Shown here in pieces: positions 1 through 13,800 of a stretch of 64,000 nucleotides of DNA. Position numbers and translations under genes: made by a program. The stretch's first letter is position 1, and each line of letters opens with the position of its first letter. This stretch comes from Chrysomallon squamiferum (taxonomy: Eukaryota; Animalia; Mollusca). Under the pieces are notes generated by a model, which did not search any database, was not told the DNA's origin, and saw only the letters and a list, made by a program, of their open reading frames with translations. The DNA is taken from NCBI GenBank assembly GCA_012295275.1, contig CM022671.1, positions 25,358,001 to 25,422,000 of the forward strand. The letters run 5' to 3'.

Positions 1-461
1 CTTGTAATATTATCTGTTGAAAAGCAGAATTATCAGAAATAATCTAAAAGAAGTCATCCATTCACTTAAGGGAGTCAACTTGATACCTTTTTTTAAAAGA
101 AAATGTACACATGATACTTGGGTATTGACAGCTAGATTACACTATTTTAGAAAAAAAAAAAAATACATACAAACATCTTGGGTGTATTGAGAAATAATCA
201 GGTTATGTCAGAATTTACTTCACTGTAACTTGGTAAAATGCATCTATTTCTCACAATAACCAGTTTTTGTGAATATTTTGGATGTCCTCTTTGCAGTTAA
301 TGTTTTATGTGATGGTCTGTTATCTTTGTGCTTGGCCATTATGGATACACTTATTTTCCATAGAGTGAGGTTTGTGTGCTGGAGTTTTTTTTACATCAAC
401 AAAAACAATGCAGTGAATTCCCACTATTCGTAGCATAAGTGTTCCCCAATACTGATTTCAG

Positions 462-1908
462 AAATGGTGGCCTCCATGAAGAAAGTGGCAGAGCTCGATG
501 TTGAACTGAGTGTGGAGGAGAGAAACTTGCTGTCCGTTGCCTATAAAAATGTAATAGGAGCTAGGCGTGCTTCTTGGAGAATTATTAGCAGCATGGAGCA
601 GAAGGAAGACAGTAAATCAAGTGATAGTAAATTAGAAATGACAAAGAACTACAGGATGGAAGTAAGTATTGTTTGATCATATTTGAAATTGTTAAAGACT
701 AACATGGTTCAGAATAGCAAATCAAATGTGTAATTTGTTTTGATAAATACTCATTTTGGTTGTGATATACATCCTAAATTTAAAGCGAGAATATAAATTA
801 ATGAATTTAACTTTAAAAGAGTGTAGTGCACGCCAAAATTGGAGCATAAACATTAAGTGAAAACATACTTTATTCAGTTAAAATTGTTGGCATAATGATT
901 TTATCGTTTGCTATTGCAGATAGAATCTGAATTGAAAAATATATGCGGAGAAGTCCTGGATGTTTTGGATAAGCACCTGATCCCATCAGCTACAACGGGA
1001 GAATCAAAAGTTTTTTACTATAAAATGTATGTTGACACTATGTAAATGACTTTAAATGAATGTAATATTTCAGTTTCGCAGGCTGAATTTGTATTAACTT
1101 TTGTGGACTGATCTGATTAAAAATTATTTATTTTTATTTTTGTAAATACATTGCATTATATTTGTTATTGGATTTGGTTTACAGTGAAGTCACTATTGGA
1201 TTTTAGAATTTAATGTAATATTTTTCTTTTACAGGAAGGGTGATTACCATCGATACCTGGCTGAATTTGCGACAGGAACTGACAGGAAGGAGGCTGCTGA
1301 AAACAGTTTAGTAGCTTATAAAGCTGCTAGTGACACGGCAATGCATGATTTAGCACCTCCACATCCCATTCGTCTTGGTTTAGCCCTTAATTTCTCAGTA
1401 TTTTACTATGAGATCCTCAACTCACCAGACAGGGCGTGTCGACTAGCAAAGGCAGCATTTGATGATGCTATTGCAGAACTCGATACGTTATCAGAAGAAA
1501 GTTACAAGGATTCTACATTGATAATGCAGTTACTGAGAGACAATTTAACACTTTGGACATCTGACATGCAGGGTGAAGGTAAGTCCTTTTTTTACTTTTT
1601 TTTACTTTTTTTTATTATATATATATATATATTACTGGATGTTACAATATGTTGATATGAAAAAATAAATAATAATTTAAAGTTAACTATTTTTCTAGTT
1701 AAATTTGTAATGTAAATTATTAAATTATTCCCATATCAAAACTTTAATATTTTGAAAATAAGTAGTATTGTTGCCTCTATGCCTTTTTTTTTTTTAAAAG
1801 GTCTATTTCATTTTCAATAAATAAACCTTTTTGGATTTTTCAGAAGGAGATCAGCAAAAGGGAAGCGCTCTTCAGGATGTTGATGGGGAAGAAGATCAAG
1901 GGTCATAA
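462..1908 (+). CDS. YWHAE: 14-3-3 protein epsilon, partial (first coding exon lies upstream of the window)
   Basis: Exons 462-661, 920-1026, 1235-1578 and 1844-1908, all GT/AG with consistent phases. Signature peptides [52 protein letters not shown] and [25 protein letters not shown]. The C-terminus [21 protein letters not shown] is epsilon-type. Confidence 0.97.
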
Positions 1909-3462
1909 AAGCCACATGTACTTAGCACAACCTACATTAAAATATTTGTAATTTTCTTATCAAAATACTAAATGTTATGACCTGGCCCTGGAACTGCAGC
2001 TGTTTCTTGTCACTGACTGCGGCCACGATGGATATTGTAGTTGGACACTTGATATTTCTTCGTCTCTTGATTGCCGTCTCTTCCCACAGTTCTGTATAGT
2101 ATACCATTATGGTAATTGTATTTGCTGTATGTTATTTCTTATTTTGTAACATTGTCTTTGTATTTAACTTGTGTTCATGTATGTACGTAAGTATAGTAAT
2201 TAATACTTTACAATTTTGTGTTTTTCTTTATCCAAATTTTATTTTCTTTGTTGGGAATGACTGTTGACAAGGATTCAAGTTGCTTTGTTGTGTCGTGGCC
2301 ACTGCTGGTGACAAGGCAGATTTTATATGTAAGTTGTCCAAAGCTCATGTGTTTGAATGTCATAATTATTGCAAACTCTTTACCACCAGAAATATATCCT
2401 GGATATTTATAGCAACTGTGGACCAAGTGCTGAGTTCATCACAGTGTCCTACATCAAGACTATGAAAAGGATTTTTAACAGTAACAGGGAATAAAATTTG
2501 GAAATGAAAAAAAAAAAAAATTTAAAATAATTTACATTTGGAAGAAGAAGAAAAAAAAAACATTAAATATTTTTAAAAATTCCAGAGTTTGAGAGATTGC
2601 AAATTCAAGTTTTGAAGCACTGAAGGGAAAATTCATCAATTGATGGAAGTGTGCCTACAGTGCTAGGCTATTTGTGAAATTATTTCGATTTTCCAGACAT
2701 AATTGCTGTACCCTTATTCTGTCATCAGGAATTTGGCTGTGCTTGTACCAGTTGGATTTGAACTGTTGGGACTTTATTTAAGACTAGCAGACCCGATTTG
2801 GATACAAGTCATAGGATCATTTTTAAGTTATGTTTATTTTGCCCAAGTTAGAGCACTTGAAGTGTAGGTAGTTGTATTCAAATGTTGAACAAATGTTCTG
2901 TCAAATATGAAATATTATGGTATATTTACTTTTTATTATATTGTGAATGTTGCTATTAGGACTTGCCTTCTGGTGAGTTGTCTGTCTGCATGTCTGTCTT
3001 CCTTTGGTCTTTTTATTATTATTATTTTTTTTTTTCTGTCTTGACACCAATAAAGCCACTGTTTAAAATATTAAAATTCTTTAGGAAGCAAAATTTAATC
3101 TTTGTCATAAGAGCCAAAAATCTTCTGTTTAACTTGATGGAAATAAACTTTTTTAAAAGAAATTTGTTTAATATTTTCATTGGTAAACCTAGGTCATTCA
3201 TTTCCATTAATTTGGATGTAGGTTTATTGTTGTCAAATTTGCCATCCAAATTATGCATGTGATAGTGTCAATTTTTAAATAGTGGCCTGACATCAAGATG
3301 GTTGTGCTGTTGCCATGCCTATGTTGCTGCGCAGCCTGCTGTCTGTTGTGTTGTGATTATCACAGTTTGTATTTGCTGTTACAATATCCATTGTCTAGTG
3401 GGCTAGAGATATTCTAGGAAAATGTAACATCTTTATAAACTGATGTCATGCTTTTAACATCA

Positions 3463-3468
3463 ATTAAA
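3463..3468 (+). terminator. Probable distal poly(A) signal of 14-3-3 epsilon (3' UTR about 1.55 kb)
   Basis: ATTAAA followed by a GT/T-rich downstream element (gtgctgtctgtctttttctttc). A proximal AATAAA is at 2490-2495. Confidence 0.5.
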
Positions 3469-4556
3469 GTATATTCAAGTGCTGTCTGTCTTTTTCTTTC
3501 TTTCCCATTGATAATGTTGGAAAATGTTTACGTATATGTGTGATTCGCTTTTTTCATAATTTTCTAATGCATTGATAATTGAATAGATGTACTTTGGCCT
3601 GCACAAAACTGAACTGATTCTTAAATTAACAATGACAAGCACTTTTCAAAAAATAGTACGTTTGATTGTTTTTTGTGAGCATGACTTATGTTTTAGACTA
3701 AACCTCAAAGTAAAAAAAAAAAGCTTAAAGTGTTCATTATTTAATTAAGCAAATGATAGTCGAGCTTGCTAAAATTACTAGTATCTACTGAAATTAATGC
3801 ATTGTCCCTAAATAAAGTGCATCAAGTACTTAAATTTTAAAATTACTAATCTGCAGAGGTTGGATAATCAGAGCAGTTTTAGTTTTGGATTAGTTAAAAT
3901 AACTGAAATTTTGTTGTTTAAAATATCAAGGGTGGGGGGGATCGTAAATGGACTATTCTGCATCCTAAAATCCAAAATGATCTCGACAGAACATAGACTG
4001 TCTACTTTGTGTATTTGTAATGAAAACAGTCTACACAATTTGTAACGAGCACAATTTGAATGATACAAGTTCCAAAAGAGTTCACTTTTTCTTAACTTCT
4101 TAAACGTCTTTTGAGGGACACCAAGAAAACTGGATATAAACAAAGAACTTGATTGCATCATAATTGTCATTATCTCCCTTGATTATAAGAAATAAATTTT
4201 GCAAAAATAGTGGGACATTTTGACTTAACAACACAAGGTATCTGTTAAAATAATCCCAAAAGCCAAGAAAATTTATAAAATTTCAAATCTTGAATCTTAA
4301 TAATGTTCTTATGTGAGGGAAAGGCAGTGTTCTGAATTTCTGTAAATTTTAAACAAGATACCTACCACTTTGAATGGCTTTAAAATTAATACACAAATGA
4401 AAGCTAATTTATATTTTTCTTCTGGATTTTATTTTTCAAACTTAAAATTTCTTGTTTTTAGATGCAAATTATTTTATATTTAGATGTGAATAAATAGATT
4501 AATTTGGTAACTGATGCTGAATACTAGTATTAATCTTTGTAGATTGGTTTGATTAT

Positions 4557-4590
<34 letters not shown>

Positions 4591-4817
4591 AATAAACCCC
4601 TAGATAATGGAATTACTCACTCTTGTAAAATACTGATCCCTGATCAGGCATGTGAAATTTACAGAATATCACATTTTGAAATTGCTTTTTGTGAATAAAT
4701 TGCATTTTATTGGCTGTGTTCATGTTCCATAAATTTTATTTCACCATTTTCAAGCAATTCTCAATAATTAAGTCTTGGTTTAATCAGCTTTTAAAAAATT
4801 TATTGAGTTGAATCAGA

Positions 4818-7800
4818 TCATCTCTTTTTTCCAGAGCCCATTTTGTTGGTTTTCTTTTTGCCTTTGCTTTTGTCAATTTTTCTCATTTTGGCTCTGGTGT
4901 CTTTCTTCATTCGTCCATCAACTACTTTAAAATGTCCAGACACTCCAGATGGACGATGTACCTTTCTACCAATTCCTCGTTTTGCAACAACATATGTCAC
5001 TTCTTTTTTCTTCTGTTTTAATAAGCCAGCTTTTTTATAAATTCTGTAAAATAAATTGGAAGTCAGTAACTCACTAATACAGAAATGCATGCTTGGAAAC
5101 AGTAAATCAAATTTGAACAGGAAAATTAAGCTTCAAAATAATGCAAAACAATGTAAACAAATCAGAAGGAACAGATCCTTACTATCATATTTTAATTTAT
5201 TTTAAAATAAAGTCTCATAGTGTTTCTGTTAAACAGTAATAATTAAAATTTTCTATCGATCTATCATTACACATATATAAACCTAAAATAAAATATGTAT
5301 GTTTCATATGACTAAATTGAGCAGAATAAGTGTAACATGGACTATAACCAAGTAACACCTGTTGGTTTTATTCAATTGGTTATCTCAAAAGCCACACAAC
5401 ATGATGCAAGAAGTGGAAAAATACTGATTTTCTTCTGTTAAACAATGAATTACCCTTGATGCACTAATCTTAACTGGTATCGGTCAAACATTTCATGAAA
5501 GTACAAGAGGAAACTGCTGTTGCTATTAAAATATGTATTTCATTATTTTTTTAAATCATTTTTAATAACCATCTGCTAACTGTTTCATCAACATTTCAAT
5601 TATGATTCAATAAATCGCTAGTACTTACTGTTTAATCTGCTGCCATTTTTCTTTCTCTGAGACATCTATCGCATCAGACACCGACTCTGACTTCTTTCTG
5701 GCTTTTTCCATCCTCACCTTTTGCTAATAAATAAAAGAATTAAAGATAATTTATATGGATATACATTTTTTTTTCTTCTTTTGTTTTCTTCAAATTTCAC
5801 AAAGATTGTGATTTTCAGCACATAAAATACATAAAATAAATTTCAATTTTCAATCACTGAAATAATACAAGAGATGTGTATCTTGCTCAGTATATGAAAA
5901 GCAGATCTTTCACAACAAAATCACACAATATCGGTATAAACCAGATATTAACTAATAAATTGGTTAAATTTAAAATCTTTAAAATTGGAAAAACATCACT
6001 GTATTTTTCATTTGTATATTAAAACAAACATGCACGCACATGTTCAGAGTATTATAAACATTTTTTTGTAAAGTAATTAGAAACTTTGTCACAGAATCAA
6101 TCTGCTTACATAAAATAGTGTGACATTTAAAATTATTAACAGTGTTATGTAGGATCAGTGAACATGAATATTTTTTTCAGAGCTAAACTTATATTAGAAG
6201 GCAAAATTTATACTTGGTAGAGAGGTGCAAAAGCCAATTTTGACTTTCATATCATGAGTCATTACATGGATATATAACTTTAATAAGTCATTATTAAACC
6301 TCTTTTGCTAACCACCTCTGCATCTATCATTTAATAATTAGAAAAAGCAGCTCATTGGTATTTTTGTTTTGGCATTAAAAAGCATGCACTGGGATTTGTT
6401 TAAACTACAAGTATCATTAAATATTAACCGATAAGCCATGTTGATAATCTGCAGCATTATTGATTAATACACAGTGCCGAAACAAAAGTCACTGAAGAGA
6501 ACTGCAACAGCAGCAGCAGCATCTACAAAGAACCTAATATGAACGATACAGGAGATATTCATGCAGCTTTCCAAGGCTAATTAGTCAAGAGAGCAAAATA
6601 ATTAGTAGAAGGGAAAAATAAATCAATAACTGTTGCTACCTTATTGAGAAGAAAAGATGGGGTCACCAGAGACATGCTATTAATGGAAACAATAGTTATA
6701 TGGATTTTTTAATTTTTATTTTAAAGTGAGGCAAAAGTTCATGAAAGGTGTCAGAATTAATTAACAACTGATTTATACATAGAGAAGGGATGGATGAATG
6801 TTGAAAAAGATTATATATCATTAATATCTGCTGCAATAAATCTATTTTGTACATTTTGGAAAATAAAGAGTTGTAATAATAAAAAGGATCCATTAATACT
6901 TTGCCAAATGAAACTGTAATAACTAATTACCTACCGTTAGAAAATGTTAAAAAAATAAAATAAAATAAAATAAAATAAAAATTAATAATAAAAAATAATA
7001 AATAATAATAAAGAATGCTTATCTGAAGATAATGGGAGCTAAATTAACTGATTAAAATAATTTCATTGTTTTGCTAATTATGTATGAACACTTTGAAATT
7101 ATTCAAAATGATTAAGAGCAGTATTTGAGTAAGTCAGGATTACTGTGTGAGCCAGCATTAATGTCCTGATTTAATACGTTCTCTTGTTTGTTATTAAATC
7201 TCTGAAGTAAATAACATACATGCACGTATACAACTAGCAGCATATTGATTCTAATGCTATTGTGTTCTGTGTTCCACTACTGTGGTGGGGAATCAATTGT
7301 ACAGTCACAGTGTATATCCTATCAGGTTGGAAGAAAGGAACATTGATTTTCTGTTCAGCTGCAAGAAATTAACAGATCTATTTTTCTAACAAAATAGGAG
7401 GCACCATTCTGTGCTTGGTTCAAAATACAATCATTATTAAAATCATTTTTTATTTCTAATCTTCGTGTTCTCATTGGGAAAAATGTGGTGAAAAATACAT
7501 TAATCATATGACAAACACAACTATCTGAACCACAAATCCAGTCTAGTTTGGAACCTTGACCTTGTTAATAAATAACATCAAAAAACAAAAACAAAAACAA
7601 ATTCCTTTATTACTTTTATAAAAACAAATCAGAACAAATTATTATCATCCATGTTTATTATTCCCTCTTCATGCTACCAAATTATTAATATCCCTGCTTT
7701 ACAAATACCATGTTACAAGCGTGTGCTGTTTCTGCATGTAGCTGTGGTCTAAAAACAGCCATCAATAATGTCTTGATTTGCTATTTTGCTGTGTATTGAT

Positions 7801-10800
7801 TAAGATGATGTTGAACAATAGAAAATGTTATTTACACCTTTCACTACCACAGACAGATTTATTTCCCCACAGACTGTTTATATTTGTCAAGATACATGAC
7901 AAGTGAGAACATCAGAATTATGATAGCTGGCTTGGCACTAACGGGTTCAAGGAAATCGTGACAACAGAATATACATGACGTTGGTTTACACTGTTTTTTC
8001 AGTGAATGAAAGAATCTAGTTGTTTAATGTCCCTCAGCAGATTTTTGTTACAAATGGTTCTTCTACATAATGATGATAATAAGATATAAAAACCAACTGC
8101 ACTACTTTTAATCTACTGGCAAAAAATAGTCGTGACAGTATGTAACATCATAATGCCTAATTAACCAGTAATGTGACACTTGATTAAACAGGAAATGGAC
8201 GACTGACTGACATGCTCAGTGAGACTGATGCACAGGCTTACCAAGTATCAGGCCTTTATTAATAACTAATACAATATTATCTGCATGTGTCTGTTTATAA
8301 TAAGCTAACTAATCATATTAGAAATGAAAACAATCCACTGAAAGGATTTAAAAGAAGATCAAATTGAGAGACAATTCAAACTGGAGTATAATGGAACAGA
8401 ATTTTCTCTTTCTGAGATAGGGGGAGTAAAACAAGTTAAAATTAAAGAATTTATGATTCTCAAAATTTATTTTAAAAAACTGGGAAATTAGTATGAATGT
8501 TAATATAGATAAGAACCTTTGATAGAACAGTCACGGACTACTAAAACAGCCAAGTAGGCCTGTTTAGCAAAACAATAAATAATAATAATAAATAAATAAA
8601 TAAAGGTTAAATAGTGACTGAAGGGACTAACTTTCAAAATGGAAGCATAACATGTTTTATTTAATGACATATTCTTTAAACCAAATACAAGTTGATTACA
8701 AAACAAGAATCAAACAAAATGGTGTAACATTTTTATACACATTATAGACTTTAATCATATAAATGGACGCTGTATATTGTATTAACATTTGTTTACTATT
8801 AATATTTACAAAAAACTTATTATGAGATTTATAATGTAATATAATTATGAAAAGGACAACCTCCGTGTTTACCAAGGAAAGTTTATTTTGTAAAATACAT
8901 ATTGTAAACTACTTCTGTTAACATTTTGTACCATTCTTCCAATATGAAGCTCTAAAAAATTCAAATTAAGTACTTGCATAGATTAACTTCCTAAAATCCA
9001 TCCTTCTCTAATAGTGGCACTTTGTAGTCAGAAATTAAACAAAACAGAAAGACAGACAGTTAAATCAAAGTCATTACTGATTATGCTATCTCATTAAAAC
9101 AAGAAAAATATAGTAATCCCATGATTTTTTTAATAATTATGTTTTCTTATTTAAATAATTCTTTGTTTTGTTTTCTAATTTCTGAAGAATCAATCAGCGG
9201 TTCTGTACTATAACTAACAACACAGACAGATATAGTAATATTTACCCTTTTATGTTTCCTCGCTTTAGCTTCTGCTATTTTCTTTATGGGTCTAGCATCT
9301 ATACTTCTCTGCTTTAACTTGTATTCCTGAATGGCTTCCTGGTAAAAATAAAGAAACAAGAGATTGTATTTTTGTTTTCATGTATGAGAATCTTTTATAT
9401 TGTCAGAAATATCTCAAACATGCAAGAAACTGGACTGAAAAATAAAGAAATATTAAAAACTATAGACCATTACTTTTCTTTTGAAACTGATGTATAATGT
9501 TATTCCAGAGAAATCTCCAATATGTTTCTTATAGATCTTATTTATTGGCTAGCTTATATATGTGAAAACATTTTTTTGTTGGAAACATAAATCTCATTTT
9601 CAAAAATATAGGCATCACTGATGAAGAGCAATGGTATTTGAGCATGTGATAGAAATATGTGAGTTATTTACATATTCTAAAAGGTGAACAGAATGGCACA
9701 ATAAATCGATGTATAAATATTATCTTCACTTACAAAATATTATAAACTTCAGTTCGAACTCAATAGAATCTGACTGTTAAATAGTATTATTTTTATCTGA
9801 AAGTGCAGAAAATATTTTTTAAAGTTTCATTAATATTTACTTTTGTGACTGGCAGCTGTATTCTCTTGTGTTTTTTTTCATCCTTCATAAACCAGTCAGG
9901 CAGACCATCATCATCAAACATGTATCTGAAAATTCAAAACAGTTATTAATAAAACTGAAACAAAACTGAAAAAATAAATAATAATCACTATGGTAATTAC
10001 TATAGGAATTATGAAGCGAATATCACTAATGTAATTTCGAGTATACAGGTATAAGGGTATTCTGGACCATGCATCTGGGTTTTTTCATTTTCATTTTTCA
10101 TCTTGGAATTTATGAACAACAATTATAGTGATGAAAATAAATTGAACAATGTAAATATAATGTTTTAAAAATACTAAAGAGAGTGAACAGAACTAAAGAA
10201 GGTTGGAAAGGAAATTTTTTGTTATAAAGACCACACCTATGATAAGCTCCATCTATAATGTCCCTCTTCCGTTTCCGAGATTCAATCATTGCTTCTCCAA
10301 TAGCCAGACCAACTTCATCAAGTCTGCCAACTTTAAAACAACAATGTTTTGTTTTTAAATCTCGAAATTGTTAAAGCTAAATTTGAAATCAAACTGTCTA
10401 CTATAAGCCAGATTTGCATCTTCATTTTAAACTCTTGAAATTAACATTTCCATAAACAAATAATTGTTTTTCATTTCATTACCTCTTGTCGGCATCATTA
10501 CATTCTTTAAATAATTAATTCAGTTTGGGTGGAATGTCACAGCCCCATGAGCTAATGTTACTGAGTTCAGTACAAGAATTGTTAAATAAAAATTACAGTG
10601 TTTCATTCTGTTTTACAACATTCATATGTTTACGTCTGTCAGTAAAACATTATTTAGATTCTTGTTTCATTTTTTACAAACAATCCATCAGGAAATATAA
10701 AAAATATAGCTAAAATTTTAAAAGAAATCTTAAGCAGATTACCTGGTTCCTGAGGTGGGACAATTTCAAATCCATCTTTTGCACTTGTGTCGTTTCTCAA

Positions 10801-13800
10801 AGCTTTAAGCTTTTTCTTCTTTGAACTCTGAAGTATGTGGCGCTCGTCATAATCACTGATTTCTGATTCCGAAGATGAGCTACTCGACTCTTCTTCATTT
10901 CCAGACTGTTCTGACAGGCTCGAATGTCCTGAATCAGAATTGTAACTGACTTGTTTCTTTTCCTTCGACTTTGACTTTTTATCTGAGGCAGATTCATCAC
11001 CAGCAACATGGTTTTTTTCTTGAACAAGAAATAAATTATCTTAAGTTTTAATATTTCAAATTCTAATAATTAAAATAAAATATACAACTATTCAGAAAAA
11101 TTAATGTTTAACTTGTTGGCAACAGTATTAATATATTAGAAAGTAACACTGTTAATCAGGTTATGTTTCTTTTGTACCTAAAATTGTTCCTCCACGTCTT
11201 TCGTATTCTGCGGCCATTTTCGCAATCTCTAAATCTTCATTTTCATCTTCATTAAGATCAGCAAAAACATCCTGAAATAAATTAAAGATGACAAAATTAC
11301 CAAGAAAATTAATTAATTTTTAACAACATTTCACTTTATGGCATTAATTATCATTAAGATTTTATAATGACAAAAAATACGGAATTTGAAACACATTAAT
11401 GCAGATTGCATATGAAAATATGTATCAGAGGGTTTTAACAAACATTATCATTTTGGTAAACATACATAAATATATATAAAAACAAACAATTTGTCGTTTC
11501 TTCTTCCACTTTAACAGAACATAATTCAAAAAGGTTAATATTAAAAATATTTTGTTAACATATGCACAAGAATGATTTTAATTTTAAGATGTAACATATG
11601 TGAACAAACCTTGCTGAACCAAGCGTTCAGTTTGCGCTGTGTCTTCACGTCGGGAGTTTCCAAATCCACAACCAGTGGGTTCCTCTCTGTTTCATCTTCA
11701 TCATCACTGCACAAGTAGGTAATTAAAAAAATATAAAACTAGTTGTCAGTTTTTTAATTTCATTTAATTACAATTTATTACTAATTCTCTTTGATGGAAA
11801 AACATATAAAACATTTATCTCTTTTACTGATTTTCTTCTAGGTACAGATTAAATTAAACAGATAAAAATCACTTATAAAATAATAAATTTTTCTTGTAAC
11901 AAAATGTTTAATTTAAAAAAAAATACATTTTAGAAATCTTCATTCAGAATAGTTTTCTGTGGCAGATCTGCAGAGCAAAATATATACACATGTATTACTA
12001 ACTTACCTATCTTGAAACTGTCTTCTCCAAAATTTATGACATACAACGTAAGTGAGAAATGAAATTACACCTTAAAGATATACAGTATTCCCTCGCTATT
12101 CGCGGGGGTTACGTTCTTTACGTAAGTACAGGAGGACAGTAACACCGCATAGCATAGTTACCCATACAGTATTACTGTACCGTAAAGTCATATGTATTAG
12201 AATTGACAGAAAGTGGAACAAATTTAAAGGCAAACAGACAGATAAATATAGTACGCACAGTTCAGGTAATAATAATACAATTCAGTAATAATATGCAATT
12301 AAAAACATTATTAATACACAGTCACAAAAAATATGCACTGTACATACAGTGTATGCATTTATAAAAAAATACGTACTGTATTGCAATAATAATTGAAAAA
12401 ATTTGATATTGTTTGTGCGGTTTACCGAGCATTTGTTTTTATGACGTTATGACGCTAGCCTGGTATACCAGCATACGATGCGATAGGGTTAAGAGCCTAA
12501 CCCGCGAATATGTGGGGCCGCGAATGGGGTTCCGCGAACAGGTGAGGGTATACTGTAGGGTAGACAATAATGTTATTAGCAGTTTTAATGTGAATTAACT
12601 AACTTATCATTTTCCAAATACTGGTCTGATTCTTGGTCAAATTCAGGATCAGAATCAAACTCAATATCTGAGACTTCATCAGGATCAAGATAGTCCTTTG
12701 TGTCTCGCTCATAACTAACAGTTGCCTTCTTCAGTCTGACTGGAGCATCTTTTTCCAGTTCCTCTTGTTGCTTAGCCAGATCTGTGTCTAATAATGACTG
12801 ATCTCCTGTCTCTATGTTCTCAAGATCCTAACAACAGAGCAATATTAAAGATTATGAATGTGCAAAGTGTTGTACGTATGAGATTAAAGCTAGGTTCTAA
12901 CAGCGGAATTTACTTTTCTCTTGAAAAAGAAACAATTATATGTATCATGTAAGTTGTATATAGCAGTTTTCAAATAGATTTTTAACACAGTAAAATATAC
13001 ATGTTTAATTAAAAAGAGAGATTTGTGATATGTTTATTTTCCAATATGTTTGACACTGATGAAAATGATAAAAAAAATTATTTTAAAATATTAAATACAT
13101 ACATATAATTTCTGGCAGAAATCAGTTAATTAAAGACTAGTGAATAAAGGCTGCAATTCCTTGCAGTTTTTTTCAAAGTATTCTTAAATAATGAATACAA
13201 AACAAATATTGAGGTTTTATTTAATCATGTAACAATAATTAATTGGTTTATGAATGAGATGCATAAATTTAAAAAATACAAATTAATAAACATACCGTCA
13301 ACGTTCTGACTCTTTAATTATTATTTGAAACATTTGATAATATGAGGAACTGAAGATAAATGAAGAAAGAAAAAATAACTATTACGATATTGTTACATTT
13401 TACCTTTTTGCTTTTAATTTTTGTCAGATTAAACAGGGAAATATCATCAACAAAATCATACTTGTCATCAGGTATGACAAATTTCATATCCATCTTATGT
13501 CGCAGTTTTGACTTTTCTTTGCGAGTCTTTCTAAGTTTTCTACAAACAATAAAATTAGTGATCATTAACACAGACTGGTAGCTTGAAAAAATTTAATAAC
13601 ACCTGCAGAACAATAAATTATTTTGAATTTTGTTGTTTCTTATTTACAGTGACAGTTAATGTAAAAATCCAGTAATTTAAGAATTATGGATATTGATTTG
13701 ATTTTTCTTTTAAAATCTCTAAGAGAAAAAAATCAAGCTCCATGTTTCAACTATAAAAGACAATATAAGTAATCAGTAATTCCATGGAGGATGCCAAAAA

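Noticed and set aside
2208-4170. Short ORFs in the 14-3-3 3' UTR and the intergenic region
   Set aside because: Low-complexity F/L/K/I-rich translations typical of AT-rich non-coding DNA, with no motifs and no splice support.
10518-10600. Possible C/D snoRNA (minus-strand CTGA preceded by a GC-richer stretch)
   Set aside because: No RTGATGA C box at a suitable distance and no recognisable rRNA complementarity.
10331-11020. AAG acceptors in FTSJ3 (also at eIF3c 26498, INO80E 45127 and beta-adaptin 60874) as non-canonical or U12 introns
   Set aside because: All are ordinary GT-AG introns. No ATATCCTT or GTATCCTT U12 donor was seen at any traced junction.
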